Shown piece after piece: positions 38,478-50,000 of a stretch of 64,000 nt of DNA. Origin of the DNA: a virus (lineage: Duplodnaviria; Caudoviricetes). Both the position numbers and the translations under genes were made by a program. Position 1 is the stretch's first letter. The number at the start of each line of letters is the position of its first letter. The notes beneath the pieces were generated by a model. That model had not been told where the DNA came from, searched no databases, and worked only from the letters and a program-made list of their open reading frames with translations. Location of the stretch: the IMG/VR virus record IMGVR_UViG_2728369482_000003, positions 32,001-96,000 of that record. One strand, 5' to 3'.

Positions 38478-38915
38478 TTAAGCGGCAATCTGATAAGTTA
38501 CAAATGTATGTTTTTCGGGAGTATACAAACCTACCTTTTCACACTCAGCCCGGGTAAAAAACTCGATGGTAAAATCCATGGTGTTCTTTTTCCGGGCTGC
38601 TTTTTCCAAAGCATACCGTTTGTCGGTTACACCGGTTACGTCCTGTAACCAGCCTTCTTTTTTGATCTGGTAAGCCCAGTGCTCACAGGCTTTGAACGTC
38701 CGGTTCAGCTTGCAACAGGCTTCCTTGACCAAGCAAGTGTCTACTTTACTAGTGTCACCATTTGGAAACACCGTGTCTACTAAAAAATACAGTTCTTCAT
38801 CTGACCAGATAGCGGGGTTAGCCGAATGCCCGTTAATCGTATAATTACGGGGAGATTGTAAACCATTGATTCGTTTCATAACTTTAACTATCAAATCACC
38901 ATGAGCCTGGCTCAT
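38478..38915 (-). CDS. Myb/SANT-like HTH protein
   Basis: WSDEELYFL...KLNRT..AC pattern. Confidence 0.5.
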   Translation of the reverse strand: MSQAHGDLIVKVMKRINGLQSPRNYTINGHSANPAIWSDEELYFLVDTVFPNGDTSKVDTCLVKEACCKLNRTFKACEHWAYQIKKEGWLQDVTGVTDKRYALEKAARKKNTMDFTIEFFTRAECEKVGLYTPEKHTFVTYQIAA

Positions 38916-38944
38916 GGCTTGTTTTGGATTAAATGTTTGGAAAT

Positions 38945-38978
38945 AAAAAAGCCCTCCGGACCTTCCGGAGGGCTTTTT
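38945..38978. terminator. Bidirectional terminator-like hairpin
   Basis: AAAAAA-GCCCTCCGGA-CCT-TCCGGAGGGC-TTTTT perfect stem. Confidence 0.85.
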
Positions 38979-39035
38979 CGGTAAAATGGATTACCGAACG
39001 GCTAATACTATACGTACGTTTTACGGATTGACTAT

Positions 39036-39461
39036 TTACAGTCGAACGTGTCCTTCTTTGATGGTGAATTTGTAAGCCGGATTTTCCGGGTCGTCTTCGA
39101 ACTGAAACAGCTCGACCATGTACTGGTACTGTTTATCCAGAAAATCAGCAATGTTCAATTGCTGCAGAATACCTGGGATTTTAAAACCATACCCTTTACC
39201 TACTCGTTGAAGCTTCAAAATTTGGTCGTCTTCTTCGTTAGCTTCAACAGGCATTACGATCAGTTCTTTGGCCCGACCTTTTCCCGGTGCTTTACCGACT
39301 TTGAAGTAGCCATCCAATGGCGTATCCAGTTCTTCAATTACTTTAGTGTGCAGTACGATCTCACCCCGTTTGGTTACGTTGCCTTCTAAAACGGGGGACG
39401 TTTGGGGACGCTTTAACTGAAAATCTTTTCGGTGAAAGAATTCGACATCAACCTTTTTCAT
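39036..39461 (-). CDS. Hypothetical protein (possibly AbrB-like beta fold)
   Basis: 141 aa with its own -7 box and terminator; fold is only a guess. Confidence 0.6.
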   Translation of the reverse strand: MKKVDVEFFHRKDFQLKRPQTSPVLEGNVTKRGEIVLHTKVIEELDTPLDGYFKVGKAPGKGRAKELIVMPVEANEEDDQILKLQRVGKGYGFKIPGILQQLNIADFLDKQYQYMVELFQFEDDPENPAYKFTIKEGHVRL

Positions 39462-39510
39462 GTTAGGGATTTGTTTGGCGTAATTTGGACACGATTAACA
39501 ATCGATACCA

Positions 39511-39518
39511 CAAAGGTA
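39511..39518 (-). promoter_or_regulatory. Bacteroidota -7 promoter box
   Basis: TACCTTTG on the minus strand, about 50 nt upstream of ATG 39461. Confidence 0.6.
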
Positions 39519-39675
39519 AGTATCCGTTCGTATAAATGGTTCGACATTTGTACAACCCAAATAGGATTATACTATAACTCAAATATACAAAAATTACTTA
39601 TTGGTATACGTCTCAAGTATACCAAATTACTAGACAAATTCCTATATTGATTTGATTTTACCGGTTGATCAGCTC

Positions 39676-40110
39676 TTAATGAAGGACGTGGACCCGGCGG
39701 TAATCCGCCAGGATTGACTTGACTTCCTCATTTTCCTGTCCGTTAATCCAATGGAGTTGAATGGTGTATCCCTGCTCCCGTTTGAGCGCGTACCTAAGTT
39801 CCAGTGTTTCATTGCTATACCGTTGGTATAATTTTTCTACTTGTTCGGTATAACCCCATTCCAAATACTTTCGAATGAACTGTTGATCAGTGAAGACCTG
39901 AATCTTTTTGTCGGCAGGTTGATGATCTGATAACCACTGTAAACCGTCTTTGACAGCCAGAAAACCACCAATAATGTTTGTTGAATCAGCTATATCGATC
40001 AGGTTTACCTTAGAATCAACCAGAAGGTTATTCTCCCGAACGGTATACGCCGTATGAATTGGTCCGCCTGGATTCGGGTAGCAATGAGCGGTGGTGAAAA
40101 TTTGAATCAT
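39676..40110 (-). CDS. RNase H-like protein, probably catalytically inactive
   Basis: IFTTAHCYPNPGG, TN...FLA, VFTDQQ and WING..NE follow the RNase HI pattern with most acidic residues lost. Confidence 0.65.
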   Translation of the reverse strand: MIQIFTTAHCYPNPGGPIHTAYTVRENNLLVDSKVNLIDIADSTNIIGGFLAVKDGLQWLSDHQPADKKIQVFTDQQFIRKYLEWGYTEQVEKLYQRYSNETLELRYALKREQGYTIQLHWINGQENEEVKSILADYRRVHVLH

Positions 40111-40112
40111 CG

Positions 40113-40718
40113 TTAGAGTGAATCGAAACTGAATTTAGGTTGAACTTCAACTATGGGTGATTTGGGAGGCTGGGTAGCACCACGCTTCTGGTGAGCCACA
40201 ATCTGTAAAGCAGCCGGGTTATGTTTTTTGAAATATTCTATCCGGTTACCGTTAAACAGGTAATGGGGATTGATCCAGTATTCATTCATACACCGCCGAG
40301 CCAAGAATCCATTTTTGATTAACTGCTCAATCGAAGCATAAAAAGTGGGGCGGCTGAATCGTACGGCTTTACAGACGTCAACCGCTCGTAGTTTGACAAT
40401 ATCCTGGTTCTTCTTCAGGGTATACGTTATGTGTAAGAGTAGATCCCGGGAGGATGGACTCAGTACCCCAAATACCAGGTCTTCGGTTGTCTTATCATAG
40501 TAGAGCTTACAGCTTAATCGTTGATCACTGTAATACCCTTTCCGTAGTTCTTCATAATCGAGGGTTACATCTTCTTCAAAAACAGTTTTAATGGTTGACG
40601 ACTGAATGACTCGTATTACCGGCAGTCGGTACGAGTAGATAAAAGGATTCATAAAAGTCTGATTGATCCGCAAGTAGTAAAGATTTCTAACACATTTTTG
40701 GTTCGATTTGGTTAACAT
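40113..40718 (-). CDS. RepL-like winged-HTH protein
   Basis: SRPTFYASIEQLIKNGFL...YWINPHYLFNGNR matches the RepL signature; start may be the later Met (MNPF). Confidence 0.7.
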   Translation of the reverse strand: MLTKSNQKCVRNLYYLRINQTFMNPFIYSYRLPVIRVIQSSTIKTVFEEDVTLDYEELRKGYYSDQRLSCKLYYDKTTEDLVFGVLSPSSRDLLLHITYTLKKNQDIVKLRAVDVCKAVRFSRPTFYASIEQLIKNGFLARRCMNEYWINPHYLFNGNRIEYFKKHNPAALQIVAHQKRGATQPPKSPIVEVQPKFSFDSL

Positions 40719-40973
40719 TTTTGATACTCTTAAAAGTTAATATTCTTTACCATACCCCTATTTTTCTACCGTAAAACATATAACCCTTCATTGATCCAGT
40801 ATAACTATAACAGGTTAAGTTAGAAACACCCTATGCTATTTAATTGGTAATCAATAATCTATAACACATTTTTATGTTAACTTTATACTAACACGGGAAC
40901 CCACGGAAAAACGGGAAGCTTGGATTCTTTTCCGGATTAAACCTGAATAAATCCGAATTGAATTACGGACCAA

Positions 40974-41022
40974 ACTCGTCCATTCAGGCTCCTGACCCGG
41001 TGAAGCAGTTCGGTTACCTTTG
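40974..41022 (+). promoter_or_regulatory. Putative late promoter, copy 4
   Basis: TCAGG-CT-CCTGA at 40984-40995; TACCTTTG at 41015-41022 (31 nt offset); ATG at 41029. Confidence 0.75.
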
Positions 41023-41028
41023 CTCATT

Positions 41029-44000
41029 ATGCCCTACCAGCCTCTTTGTCTGAATCCCCAGGACCCAACCGTCAAGCAGTTTATCAACCAGTACGGTATG
41101 CGGGAAACGTACCGGATCTACACCCAGCACCAGTACTGGTTGCCGGACTTCACGGCGTATCAGAACCGGACCCAGGCGGACGTCCTGCCTACTCAGGGAG
41201 CTATGGATTACCTGCAGTCGATGGTCAGTCTGGATCAGTTCAACACGGACAACCTGGCAAACATCGGAGTCGAACTGCCCCAGGGTACTGAAGCGGCTTT
41301 CTGGCGGGATACGTTTTATTTCGGAGACAGTATCAGCCGGGGAGCCCTTTCGGAAGAAGCCTTTCACGCCGTCTTTCAACGAGTAATTCCAGGTACTGAA
41401 CAACAGGACCTGCTGGACACGGGTAAACAGCTGCTACAAGCGGATCTGAAAGTACTGGGTCATACCAGTCTGAACGGCTACTACCAGACCATGCTCCAAT
41501 CGGCTCCCCAGACCTACGAAAATCTCTCGAAGGAAGCGGGACTAAACCGGCTCTACGAGGAGAAACTGGCTACTGAGTTTGTCCGCTGGAACACCTACGG
41601 TAAACAGGCAGCCTGGGAAGCTGACTGGACGAAACGATTGGCTCCGTACCTTGGAGCTAAATCGGCCAGCCGGATCAGTGGTCTAATCAGCCGGCTGTTT
41701 ACCCGGTTGAAAGCCGTTATGGGGTTATACGACAAAAACCGGCTTAAAGCCGATCTGTTCTTTTCCCGTCTTCGCTCAGGTGTCTACCAGACGGCTAAGG
41801 TAACCGAAGCGGGAAACCTTAATACCGTCCCCACGACCCGGCTCATCCGACTGGGTAACGGACAGACCGTATCGGTTCGGGAATCCACCCAGCTGCTGCG
41901 AAATCTGGGAGCCCTGGTGCTCCAGTTAGGGGATCACGATTTATTCAGTTACCTATCCGAACCCGAACGAATCGAGAAAGCCCTGGAATTAATGAGCAGC
42001 CAGTATGGAAGGACACCTGGTGGAAAACAAGTGTCACTGGTTTTAAAACCTACCTATTTTGATAAGGTATCAAAGCAGAAAGAAGTCAACCCAGAGTACC
42101 AGTTGATCAAAGCGGATCTGGAAGCTTACCTGGGTGAGCTGCGGAGCGTATCGACCCTGCTGGATGAATCGGAAGAAGACGAGATTGGGGGCGGCATAAA
42201 CGAGTTTGCCGGCTACGACAAGGAAGCCAACGAGATCGGCGGGTTTGCCGGGCTGTCTACCTGGGTCAAGCAGTTCATTGCCCGGACGGGTATTCCCCGC
42301 CTGGATAGTAACGGCCTTCCCCAGGTTCATACGGTAGATACGGGCAATGGAGTCATCGAACTTCCGATCCTGGATGTAGTCGATCCCCAGCAGGTGTATA
42401 CCGGTCTGGCCCGGAGTTTATCAAATACTACCGGGGTCAACGACCGATTGGAAAAACTGCTGGTCCTGACCCAGTTCGACGGTAACCCGGCTACCCGGGC
42501 CGTGACCGATCAGCTCCTTCGGGATATGGCCCCGGTTCGCTACCAGGCTACCCCGGCCCTGCAAGCCATCCAGGAACGCTTCACGCTGACGGATGGTATC
42601 CGAACACCCCAGCAGCTGGATCGGGCTTTACAAATAGCGGATGCCCGGTTGACGGCCAGGGATCGTTCCGCTATTACCCAGCAGGCCTTTACCCGTTTGC
42701 AGGAAACCAGTCCTCGGGTGTTACGAGAAGAACTGCTGGCGGCTATCCGGACGGATACGCTGGATAGTTATCTGTCTTCGGCCGGTAAAAACGTACTGAT
42801 CCGAATTCTAAAAGGATTCGATCTCTGGAAACGGGACATGCTGAATATGCGGGTAGATCCATCCAACGGACTCTCGGTAATCAGTGAAGCCAACGTGGAA
42901 CGGGCCAGCAAACAGCTCCTGGCCCGCTGGGAGAGTAACTGGAACCGACGGACTACTGAAACACCAGATCAGCTACCCACTGGACCGGATGTTGTCAACA
43001 GTCGAGTAACCTTGGAAACAAAGGATTTTCCGCTGGTTCAGCTGGAAGCCCTAGCTTTACCCGAACAAACGGCTTACATCGAATCCGTATTTGATCGGGA
43101 AGTTGATAAACAGCTTCGCTTTTTAAACCGGTTCGGCATTCAGGTACCGTCGGCTTATCTATACTACCGGCTTCAATGGTTTGCCGAACAACGGTATCCT
43201 GCATTACCCGGCATTAACCAGACTCGTTCAGCCCGGTTAAAGGATTTATACCCGATACCGGATAGTTTGTTGTTGACCCCGGATGATCTGGGTTTACTGG
43301 ATAAATACGTCCAGAACCCAGCCGTGTCTCCCTACCAGGCAACCGGCTCCAAAGGACTCGAAGCCGGGATGCGGACACGGCTGCAGAAACTGGCCGAGGG
43401 AGCCGCCCGTTTCGACGAGTCGGCCGTGGACAGCTCCTACCAGAACGCAGAAGGCAAAACCATCTACAGCTACCAGCAGAAAACCTACAGCCTGGAATTT
43501 TTCAACTGGTTTGGGCAGACCGGTTTGACTAAACTGGAAGACCTGTACCGGACCGGTAACCGGACCCGGCTCCGGGATGATCCGTCCGGTAATCCGGTTT
43601 ACCTTCAGCTCGATAGCTGGGCTTTGCAGAAAAACCGGCTGCTCAAAGCCATCCTGACCGATCCGGCCGTACGGGCCCAGCAGGGTAAACTCACGGCCTT
43701 TACCGTGGACGGTACGACCCAGACCCAGCTGGAAGGAACCCCGGACAACGCCCGTTCAAGACCCGATGCCCAGGCCGGGGAAGGGGTTACCTACGGAGGG
43801 ATGTCCCCCCGGGAGTTCGACCAGTTCAACCTCAACAGCCTGGTGTCTCGTTCGACCACGGTGGGCAGTCTGACCATCAGCCCGGTGTTCCTGGGCAACC
43901 GGGAAACCAGTAAGACGGGGGAGTACATGAATCTTCCGTTACTTACGGGTCTTATCGAAAACGATCAGCTGACCGATAAGGGAGCCAATCTGCTACTGGA

Positions 44001-47000
44001 CGAGATCCAGAAAGAATACGAACGAATTCAGCAAACCTACAAAGAAATAAACCCGGACGAGAACGGGAAGCCTAGGTATTCAGCTGAACTTGAAAAGGCC
44101 CAGAACTACCACACCGGGAAATCCCTGAAACCCGTGGTGGTCAAGGATCCGACCCGCTTATCGGTGACGGTTCACGTACCGAGCGCCGGTAAAGATTTTC
44201 GGGGGCTGCAGTTCACCGACGGACTCCGGGGCTTACTCCCCGGTAACTGGCAAACACTACCCCAGCCGGGTGATACCGAAGCCGGTAACCTGATACTATC
44301 GGCCCTGGCTGGTTATGACTTTCCCCGCCAGAAACTACTGGCTCCGATCAAGCAGCAGATCCGGGCTAACCTGGACGAGCACCTGGACCGTTTTGCCCAG
44401 GAAGGACTCTGGAAAGCCGATCTTTCAGGTCCCACGACCCTGCTGAATCTCCGGCTGAGCAAAGCCCGGGTGGAAAACAAGCTGGTATCGGACCTGCTGA
44501 ATAACATCGCCATGGGGCAGCTGGCCTACGGGGATGCGGCTCTGCTCTACAAAAACGACGGGGTAGACGTCTTCAAACGACTCAAGGGGCTCAACGCGGC
44601 TATCATTAACTTTAAAATACCCTTCAGCTCCCCGGCCCAGGGAATTGATGAACCGGCTACGTATCTGAAAGCTTTGACCATCGGAGAACCGACGGCTGTC
44701 AGTGACGTCTCCGGGGGCTCGATCGATCTGGCCGATGCTCAGGGCTACCAGAGTGTTCAGGCCCGTCGAAAACACCTCTACGGAGCGGGCCGGCTGGACA
44801 GTCTGCAGGTCGAAGTGCTCGACGCCATACAGGAAGGCAAACCTGTCCGGGGCAAACTGCTGGCCCGGTTGCGGGAATCAGGGATTATGTACAACTCGGA
44901 GAAGACCGTGGGAGCCGACGGGCAGCAGTACAAAAAGCTCTCGGAGACGATTCTCTCCAAAGAACTTACGGCCGATCCCTACCCGATCACCAAAGAACAG
45001 TTTGATCAGTGGGCCAGTCTGGACAGCTACAACCGGACCCGGCTGAATCCCGGATCTCCCGAAGTAAGCTCCTATATCGACGACAAATCTGGTCAGCGGG
45101 TCTACCGGCAGTGGGTCCCCAAGCCCGGCCGCCGGAGTCTGAACGAGCTTCGGTTGAAAATGGACGGCTTTGAGCGGGTCGGGGACAACTGGCAGTTTCG
45201 GGGTTATGAACACCGTATCGATCTGGTAACACCCCTCTCGGCCAGTAAAACCCTGAACGTGAATGTTCACGAAACGAGAACTGACGCTGGTCAGCCCGAC
45301 TGGGGGCAGGTCGATGACCGGAGCATTCACCAGCTGGATTTCAGCTTTTACGGGCTGCAGACGGAAAACCCTTCGGGTAAAACCAAGATTGTCGATCCGA
45401 CCCAGATGCTGGAGATCATTGCCAACGAGTTGGGAGACGATGCTAGGGTCTGGTTCGAACAGGAATTTATCGGCAAGAACCAGATCGAAACCCTCTGGCA
45501 AAGCTACCTTCAGCAGCGGGATTCGACCAACTACCAGCTGGCAGAGAAAGTCTTCCAGGACGAATCGGGTAATCTGACGCTCCACCGGTTCCGTCAGCAG
45601 GCCTTCGAAGCGGTTATTCGCTCGGGTAAAGACAAACAGACAGTTGATCTGTTCGATCCCCAGCATAACCTGAATCTGAACCTGCCCCTGACCAGGGATC
45701 AGTTCATCAGCCAGTTCTTTTCCCATTTCTCCAAAGGAGTACTATCCCACAAACGGGCGGGGGATTCACTGGCCCACGTGTCTTCGTTTGGTCACCAGGT
45801 CATTAAAAAGCTCCGCCGGGTCAAGCTCGACGACGGTTCGACCAATATCACCTGGGACGTTATCCGGGACGGCTCCCGGGAATACCAGCTGGCCCTTGGG
45901 CAGGGTCTCTCGGGTAGTTTGGCCCCATTCCGCTACAAGCACGAGTTCGACGGTAAAAGGCGGATCGAGCCAACTGGTTACACCGATTCAAAAGGGAATA
46001 CCAACTCCAGCTGGTTTAGTCAGGCTACTACGCTACTGGGTGATCAGGACTCGGTCTACGTACTGGACAGTCTTCGGCACCTTAAACCCCGGCTGGAAGA
46101 AACCGCTCCCGGCTCCAATGTGTACCGGCAGACGGGGTATTTCTCCGAAGCCCTGATGCCGGTACACGACGATCAGATTCGGGAGCTGACGCCGGACCTG
46201 CGGTATAGCTTTGGGGTCCGGATTCCTTCCCAGGACAAGCACTCGGCCATGAATGTGGAGTGGGTGGATACGCTGCCGGTTTTCATGGGTTCCAGTGTGA
46301 TTCTGCCCAAGGAAGTCGTCGAGCTGTCGGGTTCCGATTTTGACATCGACAAACTCTATTTGACCCGCTTTGATGGATACTGGAAGAAAGATCGGAACAA
46401 CCGGAATCAGTTCGTAGCTTACGGATCGGAGCAAACCGACGAAGCCCGGTGGGAAAGTTACGTCCATTACCTGCTGGATCATTACCCGGCCATCAAACGG
46501 GAGCTTCGTCAGAAACTCCAGGATCCGACTTATCAGGATTTAGCTGTAGTAGTCCGGGCTCTGCAGGCCGATCAATCGGAACAGTTACTGGATGACGAAC
46601 AGTTGTCGGACTGGACGGCCGCCAGTCTCCAGCTATACTTTGCCGGCGATCTAGCTGGTTTGAAAGCCGGGCTGGACAGCCAGTACCAGCAGGCCCTGTC
46701 AGAAGTCCTCTCTCAGTTCGGCCTGCCGGCCAGTCAGAACACCTATACCAGTCTGCCCAGGGCGGAACAGGAAGCCCTGCACGTGGGGATCATCCAGAAC
46801 CGGATGCTCTCGCTCCAACAGGGACTCCTGGCCAACGATACGACCATCAATGACAGTAATCCGACGGGTGGTCAGTACAACCAGCCGGCGGCTCTGGATA
46901 AACTGAACGAGCTGAAGGGAGAAACCCAGGACGGCACCCGGCTGTTTGGTGAATCGGTGGCTCCGATTTCGACCCACTGGCAGCTGACCCACAGCAGGGT

Positions 47001-50000
47001 TCATCAGAAAAACGGAGTGGGTAAAGCCCTGATCGGTATCGGGGTGAATACCAACTTGTTTCTAATCAATGCCGTCCGGCTGGGCTTTCAAGTCCATCCC
47101 GACTACCTGCCTAAACTGGACGACAACCGTTCCCATGACGGGATCTACCGGGCCCAGACGGTGGGGAAAAACGGCGAGGCAGTTCGGAGCTTTGATATCA
47201 ACTCGACGATCATTACGGCCGATACCGACGAAGCCAAGGAAGCCCTGAACGCCTACTACCAGCTCAACAGCGATACCCAGGCTGTGGTACTCCACCTGAC
47301 GGGGATTGGCTACAGTCTGCTCGACGGACTGACACTGGTCAACCAGCCGGTGATTCAACGCTACGTGGCCCTGACCGAACAGGCCCGCCGGGTCAAACGA
47401 GGTATTGGGGTTATCAGCAAGGAAGAAGAAGGACTTCGGTTTGCCAGCAAGGATAAACTGGTCCGGCAGGCGCTGGGCTTATCGGATACCGACAAACTGG
47501 ACCTATCCGGAAGCTACACCGTCGAAGCCCTGCGGAACCAGTTGGCTGGTTACCGCAAAACCGGAACGTATCAACGGTCCTCAATTGATGGACAACTGCT
47601 GACCGATTTTCAGAACCTGGTCGAATTGAACGAGTACGCCAGTAACTTCGTCCGGTTCATCAAGCTCAAAAAAGGGTTTGGTCGGGAGCTGCCCGCCTTC
47701 GATCAGCTGGTCAAAGCCGGTGAACGACTGGGGTTTGGAGCCGTAGAACCCGAAGCCGCTCCGATCGATATCAAAGCCAAGCTGGAAGCCAAACCCAGAC
47801 TGGCCGCCCAGTATTTGAACCTGATCAACCAGATCGTCCCCCGCTCCCAGGCCCTGCAACAGCAGGTGATTCTCCGCCGGCACCCCCTGTTTACCGGACT
47901 CCAGCAACAGGTCAGTAATCAGCTAAACATGGTCTCGGCGGCCGATCAGGAGATTCTGGCCCGGGCGGTGGAAACCTTTTTGTTAACCAAACTCTACCAG
48001 CAGCAGGGCTTCCAGCTGGATCCGGCCAGTGTATACCAGGACGGCGGGGACGAACGAATCACCCGGCAACTTCAGGCCTTTCAGCGGGATTACGCGTTTG
48101 TCCGAAAAGATGAGAACGGACTGATCCTGGAAAAAAGTATCTTTGCCGATAACCCGATCTTCGAGCTGCTTCAGCCGGTAACGGGTACTGATGGAACCAG
48201 TACCCTCCGACTCGGCGGAGCTCTCAAGCTCAGTCCATCCCAGCAGGAGAATCTGCTGGATGCGTTCCAGGATCTCTACACCCGGCCGAACCAGCCAGTG
48301 ATCGACGGACAAACGGTTGGACAACTGATGGCTACCCGGCTGGTGAATTACCACCTGGTCAAGGAAGGGTTTCAGTTTACGGTCAACAGCATCAGCCGGC
48401 TGTTTCCCCCGGCCGTCTTTGCCCAGCTCAGCCAGCAACTCGATCAAATCCAGGCTAATCCGGACGTATCCGGAAATACGGTAAATCAGTGGTCCGCTGA
48501 CCTACTGACCAGTCTGGGTCGGGACGTGAACTACCAGACGTATGTTAAGCCCTTACGCAGACCAACTGGTAAAAACTCATTAGCCAGTCTGGTTAAACAA
48601 TCCGGATTCTGGCAGTACCAGACGGCCGACGAGCAAGTGAGTAAACAAGCCCTGACTACCGACCTGGTACTAGATAGCACCCGGATTCCCGCTGATAAAT
48701 CCCAGGAGCTGTATCCCAGTATGGGTCTGGGGTATTCACCCAAAACCGGATCGGTTGATTTCCCCCGCTTTATTCGGGTTGAAGAATGGATGAACGGGGG
48801 TACGGGTGAGTACGGCGAGGAACTACCCAGCTACAAACAGGCTAAAACCTACGAGCTGGTGAGTGTTATCGGTACCGATGGAAAGGTGATTCCCCTGTCA
48901 CAAATCGAAGCCAGTCCGGAAGTATCCGGAAGTAAAGCCCGCTACGTCGAAGTCATTCCATCGGGAGCCAAAGGAATCTCGGGGGCTACCGGCTTACCGG
49001 CCCACTACAGCCCGGCAGCCAAGACCAAACGGGATGCCTTGAGTAGTCAGGTTAAGCCCGGTTCGGCTACGGCTAACTACTATGGATTAGCGGGGAATCC
49101 AATGCTACCTGCTCTAGTAACGGGTGTAAGTCAGTCACCGATAACTATTGTCGAAAAACCTGTCGTTACCAACAAAGAATTGGTCATTTCTGTTTTACCG
49201 GAAACGACCGAAAAGGGTAAGCGGGCAGAAACCACTACGAAGTTTGGGGTTGAGAAGCCGCTGAGCTACGAGCAGCTGGGAACCGAGCAGAAGCAGTTTG
49301 TGGATAAGCTCCAGTCATTTGTGCTGACTGATTCGTTTAATCCCCGGGATGCCGAGTCGGTACTGGTACTGGAAGGGTCGGCGGGTACTGGTAAAACAAC
49401 GTCGGTAAAAGTAGCCCTGCAGCAGCTACTGGAATCCGGCCGAGTTTACCCTGAACAGATTATGCTGTCAGCTCCTACGCACACGGCTCTGAAGACCTTG
49501 TTCCGGTCCGTTCGGGGAGTAAGGCATCGAAACCGAAATCCGATGAATACGGCCCGTTTTTACAAAAACAACGTAAAAACAGTTCAATCCCTGCTGGGAG
49601 CCGTTCGTCGGGTCAATCAGAACGGGGAACTTCAGTTTTCTATCAGCAAGACCACCAAGGAAAAACTGCTGGATATCCGGTTGCTGATTATCGACGAAGC
49701 GTCCATGATTTCCAATGTTCGGGAAAAGGGAGCAACGGTTAGTATGTTGGAAGGGCTTCAGGGTTTACAGGACGAACTACCGAACCTGAAAATTCTGTAC
49801 ATCGGGGATCCGAACCAGATACCTCCGGTGAATGGAAAAGAAAGTGTTGTTTTTAGTCTGTACCGGAATAACCTTCATCGGCTGACGCAGGTATTCAGGC
49901 AGTCGATGCAGAATCCGGTCATTCGAACGCTGACCCGGATCCGGGAGAAGATTGATCAACCGACGGATCCGCTGGATTACAAATCAGCCATCCATAACGG

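Noticed and set aside
39432-39650. 72-aa + strand ORF in the AT-rich gap
   Set aside because: It overlaps the promoter of the minus-strand gene and shows no coding signal.
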